A stretch of 64,000 bases of DNA. Source: Azolla caroliniana (Eukaryota; Plantae; Polypodiophyta). The DNA lies in NCBI GenBank assembly GCA_043228905.1, contig JBHGNT010000004.1, forward strand, positions 3,286,001-3,350,000, in the 5' to 3' direction. The notes beneath the pieces are model-generated. The model had not been told where the DNA came from. It was given only the letters and a program-made list of their open reading frames with translations, and did not search any database. Shown here in pieces: positions 1 through 11,663 of the stretch (position 1 is the stretch's first letter; each line of letters opens with the position of its first letter). Both the position numbers and the translations under genes were made by a program.

Positions 1-351
1 CACTCAAACACGCATGGTAACTATTCGTCCATAAACATGCTCAATAATTAAGAGCCAAAATAGAGACAACATTCAATTGTCAACAGTGAACCATACATTA
101 AAATGTGTATAAGAAGAAACACACATAAACCTTGAAGAAAGAGGACACACCCATACATACCAAGAGGTACTCACGAGAGGCAAGCTCAAAACGTTCTGTA
201 TCTGCTATATGCTTAGCCCCTACCTCCTCGTCTTGATCAGGGCATTCCCATAGTGCTCTAAGCCTCATACTTATGAAGTTCACCTACTCGTCATCCTTCT
301 TCAATGCAATAGAATTGTGGAAAAGTTTCAATGCACATGCAGATGTAGCAC

Positions 352-432
352 CTAACATCGATTAAAATATAAGAATGATTCACATAGTAATTCAACAATA
401 TAATTTGTTTCATCAAGCATTTGAAAACATAC
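352..432 (-). other. 81-bp spliceosomal intron (phase 1) splitting the SAM-binding motif I of the MTase
   Basis: GTATGT donor at 432 and ..gttAG acceptor at 352. Splicing joins DLFSGT to (R)ATSACALKL in frame. Confidence 0.8.
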
Positions 433-840
433 GCGTGCCAGAAAACAAATCTAATATCAAATCATCTTCATTAGAGAACATTTCTACCAGGCACATCATT
501 AGTCGTTGAGGCTTTTGATAGGGATTGACAAGTCCATGCTCAATCGTCGTGACATGTTGCAATTTACATGTGACAGTTAGGTACACTAGCAGATTTGAGC
601 ATCCCACCTCATTTGAGTGTTCCTTTATTCAAGTTTGTTTCTTGATCTCGTCATAATAACCAATGGTTATATATTCCATCGCATTCACGAACCGAAAAGT
701 CGGTCCTCTATTTACGTTGGTTTTAATTTTGTTAATGGAAAAAAGAAGTTATGAGAAGACAATAATTGATCTAGATGTTTTATACACGAATCTTAGGAAA
801 TCATATTTGAATTCATTACAAGCACTCAATAGATCTGTAC

Positions 841-1297
841 CAAGCAAGGTTCTCTATTCCATGTCAACAAGACCTGAATGCTTGAGCCACAAAATATCCT
901 TGGTTCATGCTATGAAATATAACTATTCTCCACAAGGATGTGGTGGTCAAGTCGGCAAAATATTTAACCATTTTCTCTAACAACATAAACCTAAAAGGTA
1001 CATTGTCATATGTTGATCCAGCCATATGAAAACCATATGGAATATCTGCTATTAACAAATTTTGGGTAGAAACTGGATCATATCAGCTACATCACCGCAA
1101 TAAACATTATCATATAAATATCTGGCTATGTCTTTCTTGTGGTTGAACTTCTTGAAGGTGCCATCGTCATCAACATCAAACACTTTCACCAAGTGCATGT
1201 CCTTTTCCTTTCGAGCCCTTTCACGATGTGCAAGAAAGGAGGTTGTGAAATTATGAATATCTTTAACCTCACCGGGCCTCTTACGTCGACATGGTTT
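841..1297 (-). pseudogene. MTase exon containing catalytic motif IV (DIPY)
   Basis: Acceptor tttag ends at 1298 and donor GTACAG starts at 840. Reads ..NVYCGDVADMIQFLPK / LLIADIPYGFHMAGSTYD.. (ORF 864..1058), matching the 'GD..LP..DLI.TDPPY' start of N6_N4_Mtase domains. Confidence 0.8.
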
Positions 1298-4018
1298 CTA
1301 AATGAAACAACACAGTAACAAAGAAATTGTTAATGCCTTTAATATTGGTTAAAGGGAATGTCAAATTAAAGAGAAATACTAACCCAATCCTTAAATGTAA
1401 TGAAGTATTATAATAGCACAGTGTAAGAAGATGTTATCGGATATTCCTTGGTCATTTGTTCCCACGATAAGCAACCAAGTTGCTTCATCATCACTTCTTG
1501 TATTTCATATACACCTTGTGGCTAGAGAACAAAAAACCAACATTAGAAATATGTTACCATTTCAAGAGAAAACCCATAATTATTATTCTTGAAATAGTAG
1601 AACTTACTTGTTGAACTCAATGACCTTTTCTTCCAAGCTTAGCTCCTTAGCCATGACTCTAGCCATTACAGATATAAGAAGCTGCTCTTCTTTGATTCCT
1701 GACATCAACCTGAAAACTATGCACAATGAAATGTTCTCAAAGGTTGAAATATATTGTTCTCAAAGGTTTCTTTTGAAGCCCAACATTTGTCTTTGCATTC
1801 TAATAGTCAGGTTAGCTATGGACATTGAATGTCACTCAAATCAAAACACTACATGCAAGGTACAATGTAAATACATTACCTTTCCTACAATCGTACTTTG
1901 AAAGTAATTATCAATGAGCAAATATTATATGTTACAAGAATTGAATGGCACAAAGAAAAGCAAGGAACTCTTAATGAAATCATCAAATGCAATTCAATAA
2001 TTTAAGGTTTACGTATTGATACGATATTGTGTGAATGTAGCATATACAAAGCAAAGTGAACAACTTCAAATACATTTATAATACATTGCTTCTTGTCAAT
2101 TCCACAAGTTAGTTCTAATTTACTCTCAAGGATGAAGTCGCAAGCATCTTGGGAAAGTTTGACACTTAAACATTGTAAATGTAGTTGAATGATCGAATAT
2201 TTTATTATAGCGAAAATGACATGTGATGGAGCACAAAAGGTCCAATAATTTAGATAACAATGATACATATAGTTAAGGCAACACAATAATCATCATGTTG
2301 CGTATACAATGAGCAAACCCACAACCCTTTCAAATAATTAATCAAATTGGGAGATGTATTGATTTACATCATATATTCATTCAAATGGTATCATCCTAAT
2401 CAGTGCACTAATTAATTAATTAGAGTATTACCTTCCTAATTTGTAAATGTGTTCATATTTCATCCATGTCAAAAACAATATTGATGAGATGGAAAATTAT
2501 AAACTATGTTACACATCATCAACGTATTAGACTAGTTCGTAGTTGAGGGAGACTTTTATGGACATAGTGGTTAATTCATATCAATTGAGTGTTATGTCGC
2601 TTGGTTTTCTCACCCACGATGATGTGAGTACATGATAAAGACAATGCCAAACAAACTATTACTTAATATCTACTTTAAGAGAATGAAATATAAGGGAGAG
2701 AATGAGCGTCAAGAAAATATATAAGAAACATGAAACCAAAATTGGTGTCCACACACTATCAATGTATGCAATAAAGCTCAGAGTCAAGGCATTGTCAACG
2801 TAATGCTTGATGTGCCAATGCATGATATAAGTTTCACCCAACATTCTCTTTCTTTAGCATACATCAGAACACCCAGAATAAATTTATACAAATGGCCCTT
2901 TTAGCTCATATGCATGGCCTTATATCTTGACATATAGCTTGGGAGTTTTGATAATGTGGTGAAAAGATATCTAACTATGAACCTAGATCATGGTTTATTT
3001 GGCGAGAAAACACAATTAGGTTATTTAATGGAATGACAAATTAGTATTCCAAAATCTATGGGATGTCTTCGATGAGGCAATGGCAAAATTTGTTAAATTG
3101 AACTTGGGACCAGAGGTTCTTGCATGGTGATATTTAGAGGTCTTTAAGAACACAAATTTGGCTCTGACCCTTCATTTCCTTTTTTTCCCACATGGTAAAA
3201 GTATGTTCTTGTAGGTCCCAAACTTCACCATCCCTGAAGGCCAACTGAAACCATGACTTGTACTTTCGGATTCCATCCGACTTCACTATATCGTCCACCA
3301 CTATCCCAACTTTGTGAAGACAGTGAGGGAAGAGCGGGATATAACTTTGCTCCATATTTTTGCTTCACGTCAAGGTAGTCATGGTGGAAAAATCTAATGT
3401 GTTCAATGGATGACATCTTCTGCCGGTAGTCATTGTTGTTATGGTCCCATGCTAAATAGTTGTACTCATCATGTTTCCTTAAGTCAAAGTCTTCTAAGGA
3501 TAAACGCTCATTAGGATCAACCATTACAATAAATGGCACAAAATTAGCATGAGGATTTATCTTCATTTTTTTCTTGAGATTCTAGACGTGGAGTTTATGA
3601 GGTTCTCTTACCTCCAAGGGTCCACATCCAGTCTTCTCATCAATAGGTGGGGGATGTATGTGAGTGATCGGAAGGTTAAACACTTGGCCCTTCTACACAA
3701 GCTTTCTATAAATAATCTCCCTTCTTATTTTATTCCGTTTTGAAGAAAGCACACCAGAAGCTAACTTTGTCCCTGTGTTGTCTGAGCTTCTTCGTCATCT
3801 GTGGAACTTGATGACTCTGACTCATACATTTTTGTGACTTTCTTCTTGCCAATGGCAGGCCTTGAGTGCGTGGCAGCCCTTTTGGGTGCAACCTTTATGA
3901 GAGATGGTGAGCCCTCTGTCAATGTTACATGGCCATGAATGTATGACGTCAGTGTAGTGATCAAGTTATTTGTGATCTTAATTGCAATTTTTAAATATTC
4001 CGGACCGCATGAATCTTT

Positions 4019-4697
4019 TGTTGGGAAACCAGTCCCTCCGGATGGGATCGGATGGATTCGGAAGGTATCCGGAGCGGATCTGGTGTGAACCGAAAGTGAG
4101 GACATATTAGTAAATATGTTCCGATATGACTGTTGAGGTCACATTTGTAAATAGTCCCACAATTATATATGTATAAATATAACTAGGGCAATACTAAGTT
4201 AGCGGTTGTAATTTTGCTCTTGTGTTACACAGAGCAAGAGAGAGAGAGAGAGAGCGATCATAAAGCTTTCTGTTGTAACCGCCGGTTGGTGAAGACACAG
4301 AGCTCGAGGTCGTTGCTTCTGAGTCTCGCATTGTGTAACTCACTCCTATAGTGATTTTGTTTGGAGTTTGGTGAACTCCTGTGGTTTTGTCTCTCGAGGT
4401 TTTCCACGTAAACATTCTGTGTCATCTTGTTGTCTTGCAAAAGTAGATTGGTCCTTTTCTGTTAATCTTCCATTAGCATTTGAGAACTCGGTTGTGCCCG
4501 AGAATGATTCTTATCAATTTCATATCAGAGCAAGGTTCTAAGCTTCAAACATTCAGTGGCATGTTCAAGCTTACCGGCTCCGACTCTTTAGTGTGCAAGT
4601 TGAAGATGAGGGACATGCTAGTGGTAAAAGATCTCTGGCTGTCGGTACAATTTGGGGATAAAAGACCGAACAAGATCCATGCCGCGACATGGGAGGT
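4019..4697 (+). mobile_element. Old Ty1/copia 5' LTR (4019-4516), decayed PBS and gag start
   Basis: TG..CA segment similar to the LTRs at 11001 and 60144, then atttcatatcagagc (decayed tRNA-iMet PBS) and MFKLTGS..KMRDMLVVKDLWL, homologous to gag at 56293. Confidence 0.8.
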
Positions 4698-4905
4698 ACC
4701 TGAGCATCGTTAGGTCTGGAGTCATGCATGTGGAAACCATCCCGAGAATCGGAGGCAGTTCATCTCGATAATTACCTCTGTCCTGATCAAGTAGTCTTTG
4801 TCGGCCTTTACCACAGAAACGATACCCTACAGTTCACGTTTAACTTGGATGTATCCTCGCTGCCGCTCGCTTAGGACCTTTGCACCGAATGGAATGGAGA
4901 ACCGT
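4698..4905 (-). mobile_element. Ty3/gypsy RNase H fragment
   Basis: Reverse complement matches pol of the intact gypsy at ~35030-35240. Confidence 0.75.
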
Positions 4906-7717
4906 TGTCGTGGAGATTCACGACCATAGTGAGAAAACCGGGGCTAATGGGAATATCGGCATGGTGTGGTGTGAGCACTCACCCTTGTATACCCATGTAA
5001 AATAATAAGGGCGCCTTTATGGTGACGAATAGGAGTTAATTCGGGACAGAGGATCCCATGTACAACAAGATTTATCCCACATTGTTATGCATCCCCCTCC
5101 TTGTTCTATAAAAGGAAGGGGGCGTGCCTTGTAAAAGGGTTGCCCATTTTGAGTTAGGAGGGTATACCATTAGGTCCAAGGTATGATAATCTTTCTTTTT
5201 CTTACTTTCTTGTTTTCTGTTAGGGTTCTTTGAGGTCTTCTTCTTCTTCGTCGCCGTGTGGGTTGAGTCTTCGTGTTTGTTTAGGTTTTAGTTCGGTTAA
5301 GAGTTTGTATGTCCTAAGGGGTTTCACTTCTGCTCTGTCTCCTGTGCAAGACCTTGCTCAGCACGACGAGCCCAAGAGCTCCTCGATCGGCGACTTGGCA
5401 GCAAACTATTGTGGTAACCTAACCTACCTTAGTCCGGCTTGAAGCCGGAGTTGTATCTTGCTCTTGTAATTATATATATGATGGGTTGTGCATTTTTGTG
5501 TCTCTTTTGGTGCGGGGTGTGTTTCTTTCTTTCCAGTTTCTGTACATAAGAAAGCTTCTGAGTGTTTGTGTCGGTGTCAATGTCTTTAGTGTCTTGTATC
5601 CCACAGGTGCACGTGTTGTGATGTGTGCATGTTGAGCTGTTCTGTGTCGCGGCGTGTCTCCTCTTTCGGTCCGGAGGCTCATCGTTTTGTATATAAGAGG
5701 GTGCGAAGAGCCAGTGAGCGTGCGTGTGCTCTCCCTCTCCTCAAACCTGTTGCTTCCGGCTCGCATCCGGAATCATCCCGTTTGATGCCACAACTGGCCT
5801 AACCGGTTCTGGAGAGAGTCGGCCTCCCGACATCCATCTCTTCCTTGTTCGTGACCCCGATGGTCCCACCCGATCCAACACGTGCTCGCGGAACGCCGCG
5901 ACATCTTTGGTGAACCCGACGTGAAAGGGCGGCAAGGGAGGATGGAGTTGGAAGACGAATACTTTGCGGAGATGGTGGCCAAAGTGGTGATGGAGTTCGG
6001 ACGAGTGATGATGAGACAGGAAGCGGCGTAGCAAGCTATTGAGCGAGTGCTCGAAAGAGTCGACCGTTTCAATGGGGACAAAGTCCCATTCTACTTGGAA
6101 GCCTACAACGCGGAAATGGAGGTGCGAGGCGTAGACGAGGCGCTGAGGCTAGAGTTCTTCTGTAGGGTCGTCACCGTCCATATGCACACGGAAGTAAAGG
6201 AGCTCCGAGGAGCTCATAGTTCGTGGGAGGCCTTCGAAGAGGTGGGGACGACCCAAGCGACGCTTTACTCAGCTCTCGGAGCGGGAACAAAGTCTGGTGG
6301 GGGTGGACAAAGTCCTGTTGTTCGTTAGGTCGATCGACTGAGCGGAACGGGAGGCCATCGGAATTGAGCTCGAAGATGACGATGGAGCGAATGGCCTTAC
6401 CGAGGACTGGTCGGAAGTCGAATGAGTATGCCGATGGTTGGATGAGGAGCGGTTTGTGAAAGGTAAAGGGAAGGTAACGCATGACGACGCGTCATCACAG
6501 CAAGGAGTGCGCACACAACAAGAAGGATCGGCGAAGCTCAATGTTGATGCCTTGGTCTGGGAAGCGTACAAGGCTCTGAAGGCGATGGTCGACAAAGAAG
6601 AGAGATCCGGCACATGAACGGATCCTGAAGACTCAGAGCTAGTCGGCCTTCCGGACAAGGCAGACATGGCCGAGGCAGAGGCCGAAGAATGGTACGATGG
6701 TACCACGGGAGAGGGTGCGGAGCAAGACACCCTCTTGACTTGCGGAGAAAGACCAATCGAGGAGGAGGTTGGGAGCGGAGAAGAGCCCTCCACGTGGATT
6801 CCGGAGACTCTAGCAGTCGAGCATGTGTGCCAACATAAGATCGGAGAGATGGAAAGCGCCAGCGAGGAGTCCTGGCACGATGCCAACGAAGATGGATAAG
6901 AGACGGCCTGCGAGGAGGTCGAGGACGGAGCCGCAGCAGAGAAGGAGGAAATGAGAGCTGGCGCCGAATGGAGTGGAATCAGAAGTCTACATGATCGGGG
7001 ATCGAACTCGTCGGCATTTCGATTCGGATGGAGCACGATCCGGATTTGGATTGATCGACATGGGCCGGGTTCGGTATGAAGGTACCGATACAGAAGAGGG
7101 TGAGGAACGAGCCACCCTCTTTACATGGGGAGAAAGATTGACCAAGGTGAAGGTCGGAATTCAGGAAGAAGATGATCGAGGGAACTGAACGAGTCCGGCG
7201 GGATCGGCATCGGAGCTGAAATGCCGGACATTGGAGAATCAAGCCCAGGTGGGGCTTGAGTGATCATGGAATGGATGCTTTCCACCGACATCACTAAGGA
7301 GTCGGTGGCCTCGGACGAGTTGTCGGGAGTCGTTTCAGAATCAGTATCCTAGCATCTCATCTGGAGACTTCGGCAGTCGGCCCGAGATCCGACGTGAGAC
7401 CTAGAGAGATGGAAGATGGAGGCGGGGGCACAAGGAGGTCGACGACGAGTTCGAGAGAAGAACAAGGAAGTGGAGGAACGAAGACTGGTCCTATGGGTCA
7501 CCTCACACCGGGCTAGAGACTTCGGCGGTCGGCATCAGATCCGACATAAGACCAAGATACTGACGGTGGCAGTAGGAGAACGGGACCTGGCAATTCAAAG
7601 AGTTACAGACGAACCTGGACGAGAACCGGGCGGAGCGGACTTCCGGATAACCGAACTGGAAGGGTGGACGAAGCAAGCCTATGGAGAGGCCAAGAACTCG
7701 GTACCACGGTACCACGG
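4906..7717 (+). mobile_element. Non-autonomous gypsy derivative: LTR (4906-5903), tRNA-Trp PBS (5908-5924), degenerate gag-like 5' part and acidic internal region
   Basis: TGTCGTGGAG..GACA LTR and TGGTGAACCCGACGTGA PBS. RFNGDKVPFYLEAYNAEM is similar to the start of the intact gag. The internal region is homologous to 16088-18100 and 62341-63250. Confidence 0.75.
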
Positions 7718-8231
7718 TGTCGTGGAGAAAACCGCCCCTAGGAGGAATCAAGGGGAGGAGGCGTGACCCAACCCCTTTCCGCGCGTGTGTGTGTTTATGA
7801 ATTGTACATAACTAGAGATAGATCGGCTGATGTACATATGTACTAGGAAGGGTATTAATTGTCTAGGGAATCGATGCGTATCTCTGTCCGAAAGGACATA
7901 GAATAAAGTTGATGTGTTTTGATGTAATGGCCTCCTCGACGACCTATAAAAGGGAGGGGTGAAGAAGAAGATAATATCGTGTTTTGACAAGGACGAAGTG
8001 CTGCCGGAATGGGACCGAGCTCTCTCCTCCTCCATCGTTGCTCTCCACTACGTTTCTGTGTTGGTTACCTCTACTGCGTGTGAGCCCGTGTGGTTCCAGT
8101 AGAGGCTTCCCGTGCGTTCTCTGTGTCGTCCGTGTGTGTGCGAGGGACCTCTGTTTGGGGTCTGTTATCGGTTTGCCGGTTGTAATTGTTGTTGACATTG
8201 TAATTGAATCTTTTGTTCCCGTCTTGCATTC
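7718..8231 (+). mobile_element. Partial gypsy LTR
   Basis: Starts TGTCGTGGAGAAAACCGCCC with a TATAAAAGG box. The 3' part is homologous (reverse) to 20800-21005. Confidence 0.7.
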
Positions 8232-11200
8232 GACACTGCCGGTGAGCTGTGGCACAAGAGGCTAGGTCACATGAGCGAGAAGGGGATGAAGAGGCTTGCA
8301 GACGACAACCTCATTCCAGTGAAGAACGTGCACTTGGAGAAGTGCATTGATTGTCTGGCCAGTAAACAAAACCAGACCTCCTTCCGATCGAGGCCACCGA
8401 TGAGACGTAATGCACCACTGGAGTTGGTGCATACTGATGTATGTCAAGTGGACACGAAGTCACATGCCGGATTGCAGTACTTCGTGACGTTCATAGATGA
8501 CCACAGCCGGAAGCTGTGGGCCACATCGTTGAAGACGAAGGATCAGGTGTTATCCATCTTCAAAGAGCTCCACGCCAGAGTGGAAAGAGAAACCGGCCAG
8601 AAGCTGAAGGCGGTTCGAGTAGATAATAGAGGTGAATACCAGGGGCAGTTCGAGGAGTATTGTCGCTCGAAGGGAATCCGGCTTGAATTTACCGTGCCGA
8701 AGATGCCGGAACTAAACGGGCTGGCCGAGAGGATGAATCGAACCATAATGAAGAGGGTTCGGAGTATGTTGGCGCACGCAAAACTACCCAAGAAGTTTTG
8801 GGCTGAGGCACTATCGACGGCGACATATGTGATAAACAGATCACCCTCAGTAACCTTGGACGGAGACATGCCACAGAGAGTCTGGACTAGTAAGGAAGTG
8901 TCCTACCGGCATATGAAGGTATTCAGGTGTCTTGCGTATGTGCATGTAGCTAAGGACCGGAGAGGAAAACTAGATCCGAAGACCCGGCCATGCATATTCC
9001 TCGGTTACGGCGACTATGAGTTCGGCTACTGAGTGTGGGACCTAGTCGACAAGAAGGTATTCCAGAGTCGAGATATTATCTTCATGGAGGACAAGACGCT
9101 CGCCGATTGGGAGTTGGAGAAGAAGATAATGAACTCCGAGTCGACTGGTACGGATCGATTCTACGATGAGTAGACCCAACCGGCAAGAGACCGGTTAGCA
9201 CTCGAGGAACCAGCCGGTTACGGTGAGGATACCGAACCGGCAGAAGAAGAAGTAGAGGAAGCTGAAACCGGAACTGGCCAAGACCCCGAATCGGATTCAG
9301 ATGAAGAGCAAATGGAGGAGCCGGTTACCAAAGCCCAAAGACGGAGATATCCTCTCAGAGAGAGAAGGGCCCCCCTGAGATTTCCGGATGCAGAGCATGT
9401 GCTGCTAACTGATGAGGGGGAGCCAGAAAGCTTCGAAGAAGCGAAGGATGACACCTACAACCGCAAATGGTTAAGTGCCATGCAGGATGAGATGGATTCC
9501 TTGCATGAGAACCATACGTACAAATTGGTGGAGTTGCCGAAAGGAAAGCGGGCACTCCGAAACAAGTGGGTGTACAAGTTGAAACTGGGAGATGCCGGCA
9601 ACCCCCCGAGATACAAACCCAGGATTGTGGTGAAGGGGTTCCAGCAGAAGAAGGTTGTGGACTTCGACGAGATATTTGCCTCGGTAGTAAAGATGACCTC
9701 CATCCGAACGGTGCTGAGTATAGCGGCAAGCATGGACCTCGAGGTAGAGCAGCTAGACGTGAAGACGACATTCCTTCACGTTGACCTCGAAGAGGAGATC
9801 TACATGCAGCAACCGGAAGGATTCGTGGAGAAAGGGAAGGAGCACCTAGTATGCCGGTTGAAGAAGAGCTTGTACGGACTGAAGCAGGCTCCCCGACAAT
9901 GGTACCGGAAGTTCGATTCCTTCATGACCGATCAAGGGTACCACAAGACGCAGGCCGATCACTGCGTGTTTGTGAAGAAGTTCGAAGGAGGCGACTTCCT
10001 GATACTCCTTCTGTACGTGGACGACATCTTGATTGTCGGACGGAACCAAGCCAGAATATGGATGCTGAAGAAGGCTCTCAACCGAACTTTTGCGATGAAA
10101 GACTTGGGTCCGGCAAGACAGATGCTGGGGATGCATATCATCCGGAACCGGCCAACAAAGCAACTGTGGTTGTCACAGGAGAAATACGTGACAAAGGTGC
10201 TTCAGCGGTTCAACATGTTAGAAGCGAAACTGGTCGGATTGACACTCCCAGCAACTGCAGATTATCCGGTAAGCAAAGCCCGAAGACGAAAGCAGAGAAG
10301 GCTGATATGATGAAGGTTCCATATGCCTCTGCCGTCGGGAGCTTAATGTACGCAATGGTGTGTACCCGACCGGATATAGGATACGCAGTCGGAGTGGTGA
10401 GCCGGTTTATGAGCAATCCCGGCACGGAGCACTGGAACGCGGTCAAATGGATACTCCGGTACTTGAAGGGCACTTCAAAGATGTGTCTCCGATTCGGCTC
10501 CGGAAAACCTCAACTTGACGGTTTTACCGATTCGGACATGTCGGCTGATGTGGATACCAGCCTGTCTACATCCGGGTATGTAATGACATATGCAGGGGGA
10601 GCTGTTTCGTGGCAGTCGAGGCTGCAGAAGACGGTTGCGTTGTCAACCACGGAGGCGGAGTACATGGCGGCTGTGGAAGCTGGCAAGGAAATATTATGGA
10701 TGAAGGACTTCATGGGAGAGCTCGGTATCCGACAAGATGAATATCGGCTCTATTGCGACAGTCAAAGTACCATCCACCTTGCTAAGAATGTGGCCTACCA
10801 TTCCCGGACGAAGTATATCCAGCGAAGGTATCACTGGATCCAGGAAAGAGTAGATGACTAGGAGTTCGCGCTGACAAAGATCCACACGACCGAGAATGGG
10901 TCAGATATACTGACCAAAGTACTATTACCTGACAAGCTGGATGCATGCCGGAAGCAGATCGGACTAGTAAGACATCCAATGCCGGAGTGAAGGGGGAGTT
11001 TGTTAGGAAACAAGTCCCTCCGGATGGGAAGTGAGAAGAACAGTACTGATGAGCAAACTCGGCCAAGGCCGAAAGGCCTCGGCCGGACCAGATGACGAGT
11101 ACCCGGCTACGGAAGACCCGATGAGAACCGGATGACGAGTACCTGGCTACGGAAGACCCGGTGAAAACCGGATGACGAGTACCTGGCAACGGAAGACTCG

Positions 11201-11663
11201 GTGAGAACCGGATGATGGGACATATTCGTAAATATGTTTTCTGAGAGTCCATCGGGGCTATATTTGTAAATAGCCGAAAAGACATATTAGTATAAATATG
11301 ACTTAGGGCAAACTTAGGATGTGTTGTTGTCATTCTTGATGGCGCAAGATTAGAGCGCAACAGTGTACAGAGAGAGAGAGAGAAAGAGACGAAGAGTTCA
11401 TATCTCTGTTGTAATTGCCGCCTGTGGCGAAGACAGTGAACAAGAGGTTGTTGCCTCTGTGTTCACCTTTTGTATATTGTTACATAGTGATAGTTAGTAG
11501 TCAGTGGACTGCTAGTGGTTTTTCCCGTGTTTGGGTTTTCCACGTAAACATCCTGTGTACTCTTCTCTCCATTGTGTCGTGCTTTCATTCCCCGCTTTCT
11601 GTGTTTGAGTCTAAGCTTGGTTGTGGCCGAGCGGTGTTCATCGGGAGTGTGTAGTTCCTGTCA
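8232..11663 (+). mobile_element. 5'-truncated Ty1/copia (element B): integrase-RT-RNase H, PPT, 3' LTR 11001-11663
   Basis: ORFs 8271-9032 (integrase VHTDVC, NGLAERMNRT), 9312-10310 (RT QLDVKT, LYGLKQAPRQWY, YVDD) and RNase H to ~10990. PPT gaagggggag. Stops and frameshifts present. Same family as 55657-60890. Confidence 0.92.
11091..11215 (+). repeat. 39-bp tandem repeat, about 3 copies, in copia LTR U3
   Basis: gatgacgagtacc(c/t)ggc(t/a)acggaagac(c/t)cg(a/g)tga(g/a)aaccg units at 11091, 11130 and 11170. Confidence 0.8.

Larger units (their letters stand above)
170..3940 (-). pseudogene. Degenerate multi-exon gene: ParB/Srx-like N-terminal region followed by a beta-class N4-cytosine/N6-adenine DNA methyltransferase
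   Basis: Manual translation of the minus strand gives exons at about 3940-3165, 1709-1608, 1521-1384, 1297-841, ~735-433 and 351-~170, mostly with GT..AG boundaries. MTase motifs occur in beta order: VYCGDVADMIQFLP..LLIADIPYG (catalytic motif IV), W.K...F.NAMEYITI, NPYQKP..L...L..MFSNEDDLILDLFSGT|(R/G)ATSACALKL.HNSIALKKD (motif I FxGxG). Several stops and frameshifts. Outer limits are approximate. Confidence 0.8.

Noticed and set aside
170-3940. Functional MTase gene or bacterial contamination
   Set aside because: In-frame stops, frameshifts and a damaged motif I show it is dead. GT-AG introns and the adjoining plant LTR show it is integrated eukaryotic DNA.
4019-11663. One full copia bounded by LTRs at 4019 and 11001
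   Set aside because: The LTRs are strongly diverged and the flanks (tcttt / tgaag) give no TSD. They are probably separate relatives.
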